NCBI RefSeq assembly: GCF_021602585.1
Contig: NZ_BQIP01000011.1
Location: 100,413 to 130,412, forward strand
Direction: 5' to 3'
From: Pseudomonas faucium
GTDB taxonomy: Bacteria; Pseudomonadota; Gammaproteobacteria; Pseudomonadales; Pseudomonadaceae
DNA: 30,000 nt
The notes beneath the pieces are model-generated. The model searched no databases. It had not been told where the DNA came from and saw only the letters and a program-made list of their open reading frames with translations. Positions 15,956 through 25,092 of the stretch are shown one piece after another (the first letter of the stretch is position 1; each line of letters begins with the position of its first letter). A program made the position numbers and the translations under genes.

Positions 15956-17131
15956 CTAGGCGTCGACGCCGTAGAGCGCCAGCAGGCGCTTCATGCGGGC
16001 AACGGCCAGCACCGGGTCGGCGAGCAGGCCGGCCTGGTCGGCCAGGCGGAAGATTTCGCAGAAGTACGGCAGCGGGCGCATGGCCTGGTGCCCGCCGAGC
16101 ATCACGAAGTGCTCCTGGTGGCCGTTGAGGTAGGCCAGAAACACCACGCCGGTCTTGTAGTACTGGGTCGGGCTGCTGAAGATCAACCGGGCCAGCGGCA
16201 GGGTCGGTTCGAGCAGCCGCTGGTAGCGCGCCAGGTCATCTTCGGCCAGCGCGGCCAGGGCGTGGGCGGCGGCCGGGGCGATGGCGTCGAAGATGCCCAG
16301 CAGCGCGTGGGAGTAGCCGTGCGCGTCGCCGGCGATCAGCTGCGGGTAGTTGAAGTCGTCGCCGGTGTACATCTTCACCGAGGCCGGCAGGCGACGGCGC
16401 ATGAGGATCTCCTTGTCCTTGTCGAGCAGGGAAATCTTGATGCCATCGACCTTGCCCACGTTCTCGTGGATCACCTCCAGGCAGGTGTCCAGCGCCTGCT
16501 CGAAGCGCTCGGCGCCCCAGTAGCCCTGCAGCGCGGGGTCGAACATCTCGCCCAGCCAGTGCAGGATCACCGGCTGGTCGGCCTCGGCCAGCACCTTGCG
16601 GTACACCAGGCGGTAGTCGAACGGGGTCTTCGCCACCCGCGCCAGGGCGCGGCTGGCCATCAGGATCATGCGGCCGCCGAGCTTGGCGATGGCGTCGCGC
16701 TGCTGGGCATAGGCACGCACCACGTCATCGAGGTCGCGGGCCTGGTCCGCTGGCAACTGGTCGGTGCCGCAACCGGAGAAGATCACCGCATGGCGGATGT
16801 CGCGGGTTTCGCTCAGGGTGCGCTCGATCAGCTCCAGCGCGGTCGGCCAGTCCAGGCCCATGCCGCGTTGCGCGGTGTCCATCGCCTCGGCGATGCCCAG
16901 GCCTTGCTGCAGCAGGTAGCGGCGGTAATCCATCGTCCGCCGCCAGTCGATCGCCGCCTTGCCACCGGGGGCGCTGGCGCTGAACGGGTCGGCGACGACA
17001 TGGGCCGCCGAGAGGGCGATGCGGTTGGCGGGCAGGGGGCTGGCCGGCGGCAGCAGCGGCTCGCCAACCAGGGTGTAGCGCTGCAGCGGGTGGCCGGCCT
17101 GGGCGCTGGGCAGGTTGATGCTCAAGGACAT
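15956..17131 (-). CDS. DUF993 family protein (DapA-like fold, function unknown)
   Basis: GGAG lies 8 nt before the ATG at 17131. The 391-aa product contains AIDWRRTMDYRRYLLQQGLGIAEAMDTAQRGMGLDW..ILHWLGEMFDPAL..MYTGDDFNYPQLIAGD..GIFDAIAPAA, which I recognise as the DUF993 pattern. Confidence 0.7.
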   Translation of the reverse strand: MSLSINLPSAQAGHPLQRYTLVGEPLLPPASPLPANRIALSAAHVVADPFSASAPGGKAAIDWRRTMDYRRYLLQQGLGIAEAMDTAQRGMGLDWPTALELIERTLSETRDIRHAVIFSGCGTDQLPADQARDLDDVVRAYAQQRDAIAKLGGRMILMASRALARVAKTPFDYRLVYRKVLAEADQPVILHWLGEMFDPALQGYWGAERFEQALDTCLEVIHENVGKVDGIKISLLDKDKEILMRRRLPASVKMYTGDDFNYPQLIAGDAHGYSHALLGIFDAIAPAAAHALAALAEDDLARYQRLLEPTLPLARLIFSSPTQYYKTGVVFLAYLNGHQEHFVMLGGHQAMRPLPYFCEIFRLADQAGLLADPVLAVARMKRLLALYGVDA

Positions 17132-17145
17132 GCGTGTCACTCCAG

Positions 17146-17916
17146 TCAGAATTTGGGAAGCAGCAGGCCGCCGTCCACCGGCACGGCGTGGCCGACGGTG
17201 TAGGGCAGGGCGCCGGTGGCCATGCTGACCACCACCCGGGCGACATCTTCGGGCTGGCCCCAGCGCTTGATGGCGGTCAGGCCACGTTCGATCTCGGCGT
17301 CGTAACGGGCCTTGGAGGGGGCGGTCATCTCGGTGGCGATCAGCCCGGGCTGCACCTCGTAGACGCCGATGCCGGCCTCGGCCAGGCGCACCGCGAACAG
17401 CCGCGAGGCCATCGACAGAGCGGCCTTGGAAATGCCGTACTCGCCGCGCAGCACCGACACCGCCTGGGCGTTGGATGAGGTGATGGTGATGATGCTGCGC
17501 AGGGCCTGGCCGGCCTCGCGCCGCACCAGGCGGCGGGCGAAGGCCTGGGTCAGGAAGAAGGTGCCGCGGGTGTTGACCTGCTGGCAGCGGTCGTAGCTCT
17601 GCGGCGTCACCTCCAGCAGGTCGCCGCGCGACAGCACCGAGACGCCGGCGTTGTTGACCAGGCAGCTCAGCGCGCCAAGCGCCTGTTCGGCGGCATCGAG
17701 CAAGGCGTCATGGCCGTCGATGGCGGCGATGTCTGCTGCCAGGGCCACGGCGCGGGCGCCGTGGCGGCTGGCCAGTTCGGCCGTCTCCTGCAGGGCGGCA
17801 TCGGCCTGCAGGTCGACCAGGGCCAGGTCGAACCCGGCTTGCGCCAGGCCCAGGGCGATGGCCCGGCCAATGCCGGCGCGGGCGCCGGTGACCAAGGCAA
17901 CGGGGCGGGTGGTCAT
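17146..17916 (-). CDS. Short-chain dehydrogenase/reductase (SDR)
   Basis: Contains TGARAGIGRAIA (TGxxxGxG) and YGISKAAL (YxxxK). The start overlaps the upstream stop (ATGA, 17913-17916). Confidence 0.85.
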   Translation of the reverse strand: MTTRPVALVTGARAGIGRAIALGLAQAGFDLALVDLQADAALQETAELASRHGARAVALAADIAAIDGHDALLDAAEQALGALSCLVNNAGVSVLSRGDLLEVTPQSYDRCQQVNTRGTFFLTQAFARRLVRREAGQALRSIITITSSNAQAVSVLRGEYGISKAALSMASRLFAVRLAEAGIGVYEVQPGLIATEMTAPSKARYDAEIERGLTAIKRWGQPEDVARVVVSMATGALPYTVGHAVPVDGGLLLPKF

Positions 17917-19058
17917 GCGCGTGCTCCCTGGTTGAGCAGCTCACGGGCGATGATCGTGCGCTGGATCTGGTTGGTGCCTTCGTAGATCTGGGTGATCTTG
18001 GCGTCGCGGTACAGGCGCTCGACCTCGAAGCCGCGGATGAAGCCGCTGCCGCCGAACAGCTGCACGGCATTGGCGGTCTGCGCCACGGCGATGTCGGCGG
18101 CGAAGCACTTGGCCATGGAGCAGGCGATGGTGGCGTTGTCGGCGCGGTCCAGGCGCTCGGCGGCGTCGCGCACCAGCAGGCGGGCGGCACGGATGTCCTT
18201 GGCCATGTCGGCGAGCATCCATTGCACGCCCTGGTTGTCGGCGATCGGCTTGCCGAACTGCTTGCGCTGGGGCACGTATTCCAGCGCCGCCTCAAGCCCT
18301 GCCTGGGCGATGCCCACGGCCAGCGAGGCGATGCCGACACGGCCCTTGTCCAGGGCGCTCATCATGATGTGGAAGCCACGGCCCTCGACGCCCAGCAGGG
18401 CATCGGCTGGCAGCTCGACGTTGTCGAAGTTCAGCCCGCCGACCTGCGAGGCGCGCTGGCCCATCTTGTGCTCCTTGGGGCCCTTGGTCACACCCGCCAG
18501 GTGGCAGTCGACGATGAAGATGCTCATGCCGCGCTTGCCGGCGGCAGGGTCGGTGCGCGCCAGGACGAACGCCAGGTCGGCCACCGGGGCGTTGTGAATC
18601 CACAGCTTCGAGCCGTTGAGCAGCCAGCCGGTTTCGGTGCGCACGGCGCTGGTGCGGATGCCCGACACATCGGAGCCGGCCTCGGCTTCGGTGATGCAGT
18701 AGGCCGGGTGCTTCTCGGCGCGCAGCAAGGGCGGCAGATAGCGCTGGCGCTGCTCGGCGGTGCCGTGCACCGCGAGCAGGGTGCCGATCAGCTCCAGCAG
18801 GCCGCACTGGTCGGCGACCGAGGCGTAGCCGCGCGACAGCTCTTCCATCACCAGGGCATAGGCGAGGGTGTCCAGGCCGGCGCCGCCGAAGGCTTCGGGC
18901 ACGGTGATGCCGAACAGGCCGAGCTCGCCCATCTGCCGGTACAGCGGCGCGGGGAAGCTTTCTTCGTGGTCCAGGCGCTCGGCCAGCGGGCGGATGGTCT
19001 GGTCGGCAAAGCGCCGGGCAACGTCCTGGATCATCAGGTGTGTTTCAGAAAGCGGCAT
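17913..19058 (-). CDS. Acyl-CoA dehydrogenase
   Basis: 381-aa product with ACAD hallmarks (CITEAEAGSD, GRGFHIMMSALDKGRVGIA, QLFGGSGF, YEGTNQIQ). Confidence 0.9.
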   Translation of the reverse strand: MPLSETHLMIQDVARRFADQTIRPLAERLDHEESFPAPLYRQMGELGLFGITVPEAFGGAGLDTLAYALVMEELSRGYASVADQCGLLELIGTLLAVHGTAEQRQRYLPPLLRAEKHPAYCITEAEAGSDVSGIRTSAVRTETGWLLNGSKLWIHNAPVADLAFVLARTDPAAGKRGMSIFIVDCHLAGVTKGPKEHKMGQRASQVGGLNFDNVELPADALLGVEGRGFHIMMSALDKGRVGIASLAVGIAQAGLEAALEYVPQRKQFGKPIADNQGVQWMLADMAKDIRAARLLVRDAAERLDRADNATIACSMAKCFAADIAVAQTANAVQLFGGSGFIRGFEVERLYRDAKITQIYEGTNQIQRTIIARELLNQGARA

Positions 19059-19067
19059 TGTTGTTTT
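19059..19067 (-). promoter_or_regulatory. A-rich CA-type (AAnAAnAA) motif abutting the ACAD start codon
   Basis: The minus strand reads GGAAAACAACA-ATG. Confidence 0.4.
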
Positions 19068-19141
19068 CCTTTCCGGGAGGCGACGAGGGGGTTCATCGCG
19101 TGGGTTGTGTTCTGTTCCGGGCTGCTCTAAAGTGTTTTTAA

Positions 19142-19161
19142 GTAACCAACTGGTTATTTAT
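19142..19161 (+). promoter_or_regulatory. Operator-like 20-mer, site 1 (GTAACCAACTGGTTATTTAT)
   Basis: Lies in the divergent ACAD / CoA-transferase intergenic region. It contains the palindrome TAACCA-AC-TGGTTA and shares the 20-mer with sites at 21604 and 25024. Confidence 0.55.
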
Positions 19162-19237
19162 TTAAAGCGCCCTTTGGCAGGCCGTCAAGCACTCAATTGC
19201 ACACCTGGAGTCGCCCGGGGCCGGGCGATCGATGAGG

Positions 19238-19246
19238 AAAACAACA
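19238..19246 (+). promoter_or_regulatory. A-rich CA-type motif abutting the CoA-transferase start codon
   Basis: GAGGAAAACAACA-ATG; the same GGAAAACAACAATG string occurs at the ACAD start. Confidence 0.4.
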
Positions 19247-20758
19247 ATGAAAAGAAGCTGTACATCAGCAGCGGATGTCGCCAGCCGGATAGCCGATGGC
19301 GCGACCGTGGCCATCTGTGGCTCGGGCACCTTGCTGGAGCCGGACGCCTTGCTGGCGGCCATCGAAGCCCGCTTCCTGAGCACCGGCCACCCGCGCGACC
19401 TGACCCTGGTGCACGCCCTGGGCATCGGCGACGGGCGCGGCAGCGGCCTGGAGCGCCTGGCCCACCCGGGCCTGGTGCGCAAGGTGATCGGTGGCCACTG
19501 GAGCTGGTCGGCGAAGATGCAGGCGCTGGCACGCAACGAGCAGATCCAGGCCTACAGCCTGCCGGCCGGGGTGATCATGAGCCTGATGCGCGAGATCGGC
19601 GCCGGCCGCCCGGGGCTGATCACCCACATTGGCCTGGGCACCTTCGCCGACCCGCAGGTGGCCGGCGGCAAGTGCAACGCCAGTGCCAGCCAAGCGCTGG
19701 TCGAGCGGCTGAGCATCGATGGCCAGGACTACCTGCGCTACAAGCCGTTCAAGGTCGATGTGGCGATCGTGCGCGGCAGCCTGGCCGACCCCAGCGGCAA
19801 TATCAGCCTGTGCCACGAGGCGGCCGACCTGGACGCCTACGCCCTGGCGCTGGCGGCGCACAACAGCGGCGGCAAGGTCTACGCCCAGGTCCGCGGCCTG
19901 AGCGACAGCGCCTTCGTGCCGGCACGCCTGGTGCGCATCCCTGGCGTGCTGGTGGATGAAGTGGTGGTGGTCGAGGACCAGCGCCAGTGCGTGGCCGCCG
20001 ACTACGACCCGGCCATCAGCGGCGAGTGCCTGCCCCAGGCGGCGCGCAGCGAGGCGCCGATGGCCGACGATATCCGCCGCATCATCGCCGCGCGTGCGGC
20101 CGATGAATTCGTCCCGGGCATGTCGCTGAACTTTGGCTTCGGCATCCCCGGCGGCATCCCCTCGCTGCTCGCCGAGCGCGGCCTGCAGGACAGCTACTGG
20201 GGCAGCATCGAGCAGGGCATCCACAACGGCCGCATGATGGGCGGTGCGATGTTCGGCGCGGCGCAGTACCCGCAGGCGATCGTCACCTCGCTGGACCAGT
20301 TCGACTTCTACAGCGGCGGCGGTGTCGACCTGGCGTTCCTCGGCATGGGCGAGATGGACGGGCAGGGCAACGTCAACGTGTCCAACCTGGGCGGCACGCT
20401 GGTCGGCCCCGGTGGCTTCGTCGACATCACCCAGGGGGCGCGCAAGGTGGTGTTCTGCGGCGCCTTCGAGGCCAAGGGGCTGGAGGTGGCGAAGGTCGGC
20501 GCTGCCTTGCAGATCGAGCGCCGTGGCGAGGTGCCCAAGCTGGTCGAGCAGGTGCGCCACATCACTTTCAGCGGCCCGCAAGCGGTTCGTGCAGGCCAGG
20601 AGGTGCTGTACGTGACCGAGCGCGCAGTGTTCCGCCTGCTGGCCGAAGGCATCGAGCTCATCGAGGTGGCGCGAGGCGTGGATATCGAGCGCGACGTGCT
20701 GACGCGCATGGCGTTCACGCCGATCGTGCGCGACGTGAAAGTGGCGGGGTTGGCATGA
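19247..20758 (+). CDS. Propionate CoA-transferase / YdiF-type acyl-CoA:carboxylate CoA-transferase
   Basis: GAGGA lies 8 nt before the ATG at 19247. The 503-aa product appears colinear with what I recall of Pct-type enzymes (..GHPRDLTLVH..GHWS..GLITHIGLGTFADP..GGK.N..VAIVRGS.AD.SGNIS..DYDPAISGE..GGVDLAFLGMGEMD.QGNVNVS..GGF.DITQ...KVVFCG.F). Confidence 0.8.
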   Translation: MKRSCTSAADVASRIADGATVAICGSGTLLEPDALLAAIEARFLSTGHPRDLTLVHALGIGDGRGSGLERLAHPGLVRKVIGGHWSWSAKMQALARNEQIQAYSLPAGVIMSLMREIGAGRPGLITHIGLGTFADPQVAGGKCNASASQALVERLSIDGQDYLRYKPFKVDVAIVRGSLADPSGNISLCHEAADLDAYALALAAHNSGGKVYAQVRGLSDSAFVPARLVRIPGVLVDEVVVVEDQRQCVAADYDPAISGECLPQAARSEAPMADDIRRIIAARAADEFVPGMSLNFGFGIPGGIPSLLAERGLQDSYWGSIEQGIHNGRMMGGAMFGAAQYPQAIVTSLDQFDFYSGGGVDLAFLGMGEMDGQGNVNVSNLGGTLVGPGGFVDITQGARKVVFCGAFEAKGLEVAKVGAALQIERRGEVPKLVEQVRHITFSGPQAVRAGQEVLYVTERAVFRLLAEGIELIEVARGVDIERDVLTRMAFTPIVRDVKVAGLA

Positions 20759-20763
20759 GCCGG

Positions 20764-20803
20764 GCAGCCCCTCGCGGCGTGCGGTGTGGCCGGGAGGGGC
20801 TGC
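20764..20803. terminator. Possible hairpin between the convergent CoA-transferase and tetR genes
   Basis: gcagcccctc (20764-20773) pairs with gaggggctgc (20794-20803), with a 20-nt loop. The large loop makes this a weak call. Confidence 0.25.
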
Positions 20804-20817
20804 GTGCAGCGTGGGCG

Positions 20818-21474
20818 TCAGGCGGGGCGCAGCATGCCGAGGATGGTCTGCACGTTGAAGTCGATGCGCGCCTGCAGGGCTTCGGGCGACATCAGGTCGA
20901 AGCCGTAGATGATCTCGCCGGTGAAGCGGTTGTTCAGGTAGTAGTAGTTGATCGCGGCGATCGTGATGTTCAGCTGCACCGGGTCGACACCTTCGCGGAA
21001 CACGCCCTGGGCCACGCCACGGGCGAGGATCTGGGCGACCATCGACACCATCGGCGCGTGCATCTGCTGCATCTTTTCCTGGGAGCGCTTGAGGTGCACG
21101 GCCTTGTGCAGGTTCTCGCTGTTGACCAGGGTCAGGAAGTGCGGGTTCTTCAGGTAGTACTTCCAGGTGAAGGTCACCAGTTGGGTGATCGCCTCGACCG
21201 GCTCCAGCGCTTCGAGATTGAGCTTGCGTTCGGCCTGGCGGATGTCCTGGTAGGCCGACTCCAGGACCGCTTCGAACAGCCCCTCCTTGTTGCCGAAGTA
21301 CTCGTAGATCATCCGTTTGTTGGACTTGGCGCGCAGCGCGATGCTGTCGATGCGTGCGCCGGCCAAGCCCAGTTTGGCGAATTCGACCTTGGCGGCGTTG
21401 AGGATTCTCAGGCGCGTCGCTTCGGAATCCCGGGTGGGGCGGGCGCTGACCGCTTCGGTGGCTTTGCTGGGCAT
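20818..21474 (-). CDS. TetR/AcrR-family transcriptional regulator
   Basis: GGAGAG precedes the ATG at 21474. The 218-aa product has an N-terminal HTH region, TRLRILNAAKVEFAKLGLAGARIDSIALRAKSNKRMIYEYFGNKEGLF. Confidence 0.85.
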   Translation of the reverse strand: MPSKATEAVSARPTRDSEATRLRILNAAKVEFAKLGLAGARIDSIALRAKSNKRMIYEYFGNKEGLFEAVLESAYQDIRQAERKLNLEALEPVEAITQLVTFTWKYYLKNPHFLTLVNSENLHKAVHLKRSQEKMQQMHAPMVSMVAQILARGVAQGVFREGVDPVQLNITIAAINYYYLNNRFTGEIIYGFDLMSPEALQARIDFNVQTILGMLRPA

Positions 21475-21603
21475 GTGGAACGCTCTCCAGAGCTTGAGTG
21501 CTGTACTTCCTGACGCAGAAATCAATGGCCTGCGGTGTAGGGGCGATGAGCTTAGCCGCGGGGGCATAAGGCTGACAAACAAAGCTTAGCCCGCTGCTTG
21601 TAT

Positions 21604-21623
21604 GTAAACAACCGGTTAGTTAT
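21604..21623 (+). promoter_or_regulatory. Operator-like 20-mer, site 2 (GTAAACAACCGGTTAGTTAT)
   Basis: Lies in the tetR / aldehyde dehydrogenase divergent region. It is an imperfect palindrome centred on CCGG. It fills the 17-nt spacer between TTGTAT (21598-21603) and TATACG (21621-21626). Confidence 0.55.
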
Positions 21624-21698
21624 ACGTAGGCAACCGGCAGCCGCTCGATATGCGCTGTGCGGGTGGTTTGCCAGAACAACAACAACGCTGTACTGAGG

Positions 21699-23216
21699 AT
21701 GTTTCCCGTGAATAACAACGACAACACGCCACGCCTGGCGCCGCCGCTGCAGCCGCGGCGCTTCGAAATGTTCATCGACGGCCGCTGGACGCAGGGTTCG
21801 GCGACCACCCAGGTCACGCGCTACAGCCCGTCCCACGAGGTGCCGGTGAGTGTCTACCCCGCTGCCGGCGTCGACGACGTGCAGCAGGCGGTGGCGGCGG
21901 CCCGCCGGGCCTTCGACCACGGCACCTGGGCCCGCTCCAGTGGTGCGTTGCGGGCAGGTGTGCTGCTGCGCACCGCCGCCCTGATCCGCCAGCACAGCGA
22001 AGCGCTGGCGCTGCAGGAAACTTTCGAGACCGGCAAGCCGATCAGCCAGGCGCGCGGTGAGGTGCTGGGCGCCGCGGGCATCTGGGAATATGCCGCAGGG
22101 CAAGCCCAGGCCCTGCACGGCGACAGCTTCAACAACCTCGGTGACAGCCTGCTCGGGCTGGTCACGCGCGAGCCGGTGGGTGTGGTCGGGCTGATCACGC
22201 CGTGGAACTTCCCGTTCTTCATCCTCGCCGAGCGCCTGCCGTTCATCCTGGCGTCCGGCTGCACCGTGGTGGCCAAGCCCAGCGAACTGACCTCAGGTAC
22301 CACCCTGATGCTGGCCGGGCTGATGCAGGAAGCCGGCCTGCCCGACGGCGTGCTCAATGTGCTCACCGGCCCGGGTGCGGTGCTCGGCCAGGCGATCAGT
22401 GCGCATGCCGATATCGACATGGTGTCGTTCACCGGCTCCACCGAAGTCGGCCGCCTGACCATGGCCGCGGCCACCGGCAACATGAAGAAGGTCGGCCTGG
22501 AACTGGGCGGCAAGAACCCGCAGGTGGTGTTTGCCGACGCCGACCTGGACGCGGCCGCCGACGCCATCGTCTTCGGCATCTGCTTCAATGCCGGCCAATG
22601 CTGCGTCAGCGGCAGCCGCCTGATCGTCGAGCGCTCGGTGGAGCAGGCGCTGACCGAGAAGATCTGCGTCTTGCTCGACAAGGTGCGCATCGGTGACCCG
22701 TTGCACGCGGGCACCCAGGTCGGCTCGATCACCGAGGCTCGTCATCTGGAGCGGGTGCTGGGCTACATCGAGCAGGGGCGGCGCGAAGGCGCGCGCTTGC
22801 TGCGCGGCGGGCAGCGCATCGAATCGCCGACGGGCATGTACCTGCAGCCCACCGTGTTCGCCGACGTCACCCCGCAGATGGTCATCGCCCGCGAAGAAAT
22901 CTTCGGCCCGGTGCTGACCATCACTGCCTTCGACAGCTTCGAGCAAGCCATGGCGCTGGCCAACGACACGCCCTTCGGGCTGGCCGCCAGCCTCTGGAGC
23001 CGCAACCTGGAAACTGCGCTGCAGGCCACGCGGCAGATCAAGGCTGGCCGGGTCTGGGTCAACACCACCATTGCCGGTGGGCCGGAGCTGCCCTCTGGTG
23101 GCTTCAAGCAGTCGGGCATTGGCCGCGAGGCCGGGCGCTACGGGGTGGAGGAGTACACTGAGCTCAAGTCCGTGCATGTGCAGCTGGGTGCCCGCACGCC
23201 GTGGGTCAGCGCCTGA
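21699..23216 (+). CDS. NAD(P)-dependent aldehyde dehydrogenase
   Basis: Contains ELGGKNP and FNAGQCCVSGSR (catalytic Cys) and an EEIFGPV motif. The start is ambiguous: ATG at 21699 abuts the SD, while GTG at 21708 lies 8 nt after GAGGA. Confidence 0.85.
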   Translation: MFPVNNNDNTPRLAPPLQPRRFEMFIDGRWTQGSATTQVTRYSPSHEVPVSVYPAAGVDDVQQAVAAARRAFDHGTWARSSGALRAGVLLRTAALIRQHSEALALQETFETGKPISQARGEVLGAAGIWEYAAGQAQALHGDSFNNLGDSLLGLVTREPVGVVGLITPWNFPFFILAERLPFILASGCTVVAKPSELTSGTTLMLAGLMQEAGLPDGVLNVLTGPGAVLGQAISAHADIDMVSFTGSTEVGRLTMAAATGNMKKVGLELGGKNPQVVFADADLDAAADAIVFGICFNAGQCCVSGSRLIVERSVEQALTEKICVLLDKVRIGDPLHAGTQVGSITEARHLERVLGYIEQGRREGARLLRGGQRIESPTGMYLQPTVFADVTPQMVIAREEIFGPVLTITAFDSFEQAMALANDTPFGLAASLWSRNLETALQATRQIKAGRVWVNTTIAGGPELPSGGFKQSGIGREAGRYGVEEYTELKSVHVQLGARTPWVSA

Positions 23217-23254
23217 ATCCAGGCAGCAGAACAACAAGATCGGAGAAAACAAGC

Positions 23255-24907
23255 ATGTACGATTACGTCGTTATCGGTGGGGGTTCCGCCGGTTGTGTGC
23301 TGGCGGCGCGCCTGAGCGAGCAGGCGGATGTGCGGGTGTTGCTGCTCGAGGCCGGGCCTGCCGATACCAACCCCTACATCCATATGCCGGTGGGTTTTTT
23401 CAAGATGACCGGCGGCCCGCTGACCTGGGGCTTCGATACCGTGGCCCAAGGCACCATGAACAACCGTTCGGTGCTGTACCCGCAAGGGCGGGTGCTGGGC
23501 GGTGGCGGTTCGATCAATGCCATGGTCTATACCCGCGGCAACGCCAAGGACTATGACGACTGGGAGCAGGAGGAGGGCTGCCGTGGCTGGTCCTTCCGCG
23601 AGGTGCTGCCGTATTTTCGCAAGGCCGAGGACAACGAGCGCCTGAGCAACGAATACCACGGCACCGAAGGCCCGCTGGGGGTGTCCGACCTGATCAGCGT
23701 GAACGAGGTGACCAAGGCCTTCATCCGCTCGGCCCAGGAAGCCGGCATCCCTTACAACGCCGACTTCAACGGCGCCCGCCAGGAAGGCTGCGGCGCCTAC
23801 CAGGTCACCCAGCGCGGCGGGCGCCGCTGCAGTGCCGCCCAGGGCTACCTGAGCAAGGCCCGCCAGCGGCCCAACTTGACCATCCAGACCGACTGCCTGG
23901 TAACCCGCATCCGCATCGACAACGGCCAGGCCACGGGTGTCGAGTACGTCCAGGGCAGCGGCTCGCGCGAGGTGCGCTTCGTGGCCGCCGAGCGTGAGGT
24001 GGTGCTGGCGGCCGGCGCCATCGGCTCGCCGAAGACCCTCATGCTCTCCGGCGTCGGCCCGGCCGAGGAGCTGCAGCGCCTGGGCATCGAGGTCAAGCAG
24101 GACCTGCCCGGGGTGGGGCAGAACCTGCAGGATCACTTCGACATCGACATCGTCTACGAGCTCAAGGGGTCGCAGAGCCTGGACAAGTACGCCAAGCCGC
24201 ACATGATGTTGCTGGCGGGGCTGGAGTACAAGCTGTTCAACAAGGGCCCGGTCACCTCCAACATCGCCGAGGCCGGTGCCTTCTGGTACGGCGATTCGCG
24301 CGCCAGCGTGCCAGACCTGCAGTTCCATTTCCTGCCCGGTGCCGGGGTGGAGGCGGGCATCCCGCCGGTGCCCTCCGGCGCCGGCTGTACCCTCAACTCG
24401 TACTTCCTGCGCCCGCGCAGCCGCGGCAGCGTGCGCCTGCGCAGCGCCGACCCGCTGCAGCCACCGCTGATCGACCCCAACTACATCAGCAACCCGTATG
24501 ACCTGCACGTGTCGGTCGAAGGCATCAAGCTCAGCCGCGAGATCATGGCCCAGCAGTCCTTGAGCCGCTACATCAAGGCCGAGCATTTCCCCGGCGACAG
24601 CGTGCGTACCCAGGCGGACTACGAAGACTACGCACGGCGCTGCGGGCGCACCGGGTATCACCCGGTGGGTACCTGCAAGATGGGCATCGACGCCATGGCC
24701 GTGGTCGATCCGCAGTTGCGGGTGCGGGGCGTGCGGCGCTTGCGGGTGGTTGACTCTTCGGTGATGCCGAGGTTGGTCAGCTCCAATACCAATGCGCCGT
24801 CGATCATGATTGCCGAGAAGGGCGCCGACCTGATCCTGGGGCGCAGCCTGGCGCCTTCGCAGGTGCTGGTGCGCAGTGAGCGTGGGGAGCTGCACAAGGC
24901 AGTCTGA
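23255..24907 (+). CDS. GMC-family FAD oxidoreductase (choline/alcohol dehydrogenase-like)
   Basis: Starts MYDYVVIGGGSAGCVLAARLSE (GxGxxG). Also contains GGGSINAMVYTRG and the C-terminal HPVGTCKMG..VVDSSVMP. Confidence 0.9.
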   Translation: MYDYVVIGGGSAGCVLAARLSEQADVRVLLLEAGPADTNPYIHMPVGFFKMTGGPLTWGFDTVAQGTMNNRSVLYPQGRVLGGGGSINAMVYTRGNAKDYDDWEQEEGCRGWSFREVLPYFRKAEDNERLSNEYHGTEGPLGVSDLISVNEVTKAFIRSAQEAGIPYNADFNGARQEGCGAYQVTQRGGRRCSAAQGYLSKARQRPNLTIQTDCLVTRIRIDNGQATGVEYVQGSGSREVRFVAAEREVVLAAGAIGSPKTLMLSGVGPAEELQRLGIEVKQDLPGVGQNLQDHFDIDIVYELKGSQSLDKYAKPHMMLLAGLEYKLFNKGPVTSNIAEAGAFWYGDSRASVPDLQFHFLPGAGVEAGIPPVPSGAGCTLNSYFLRPRSRGSVRLRSADPLQPPLIDPNYISNPYDLHVSVEGIKLSREIMAQQSLSRYIKAEHFPGDSVRTQADYEDYARRCGRTGYHPVGTCKMGIDAMAVVDPQLRVRGVRRLRVVDSSVMPRLVSSNTNAPSIMIAEKGADLILGRSLAPSQVLVRSERGELHKAV

Positions 24908-24917
24908 ACCCTGCCAG

Positions 24918-24978
24918 GGCCCTATCGCCGGCAAGCCTCACCGTCCTCTGTGGGAGCCGGCTTGCCGGCGATAGGGCC
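24918..24978. repeat. REP element forming a perfect 20-bp stem hairpin (probable terminator of the GMC gene)
   Basis: ggccctatcgccggcaagcc (24918-24937) is the exact reverse complement of ggcttgccggcgatagggcc (24959-24978). The loop contains ctgtgggagcc. It starts 11 nt after the stop codon. Confidence 0.75.
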
Positions 24979-25023
24979 AGACCTGACAAACATTAAAGAT
25001 TGCATCCTCGCTGCGTTAGATTT

Positions 25024-25043
25024 ATAAATAACTAGTTGGTTAC
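25024..25043 (-). promoter_or_regulatory. Operator-like 20-mer, site 3 (minus strand GTAACCAACTAGTTATTTAT)
   Basis: Matches site 1 at 19 of 20 positions. It ends 50 nt upstream of the SBP start codon. Confidence 0.55.
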
Positions 25044-25092
25044 ATAAAAACAACAGGCAGTACTCACCCGGTGCCCTGCACCCGGAGGCCAA

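Noticed and set aside
15878-17203. 441-aa plus-strand ORF; also 19265-20581 (minus) and 28598-29740 (minus)
   Set aside because: All are antisense to genes with clear family signatures (DUF993, CoA-transferase, permease). None has a motif of its own.
23138-24934. 598-aa minus-strand ORF
   Set aside because: It is antisense to the GMC oxidoreductase, whose plus-strand translation carries unambiguous family motifs. The product has low-complexity high-GC composition.
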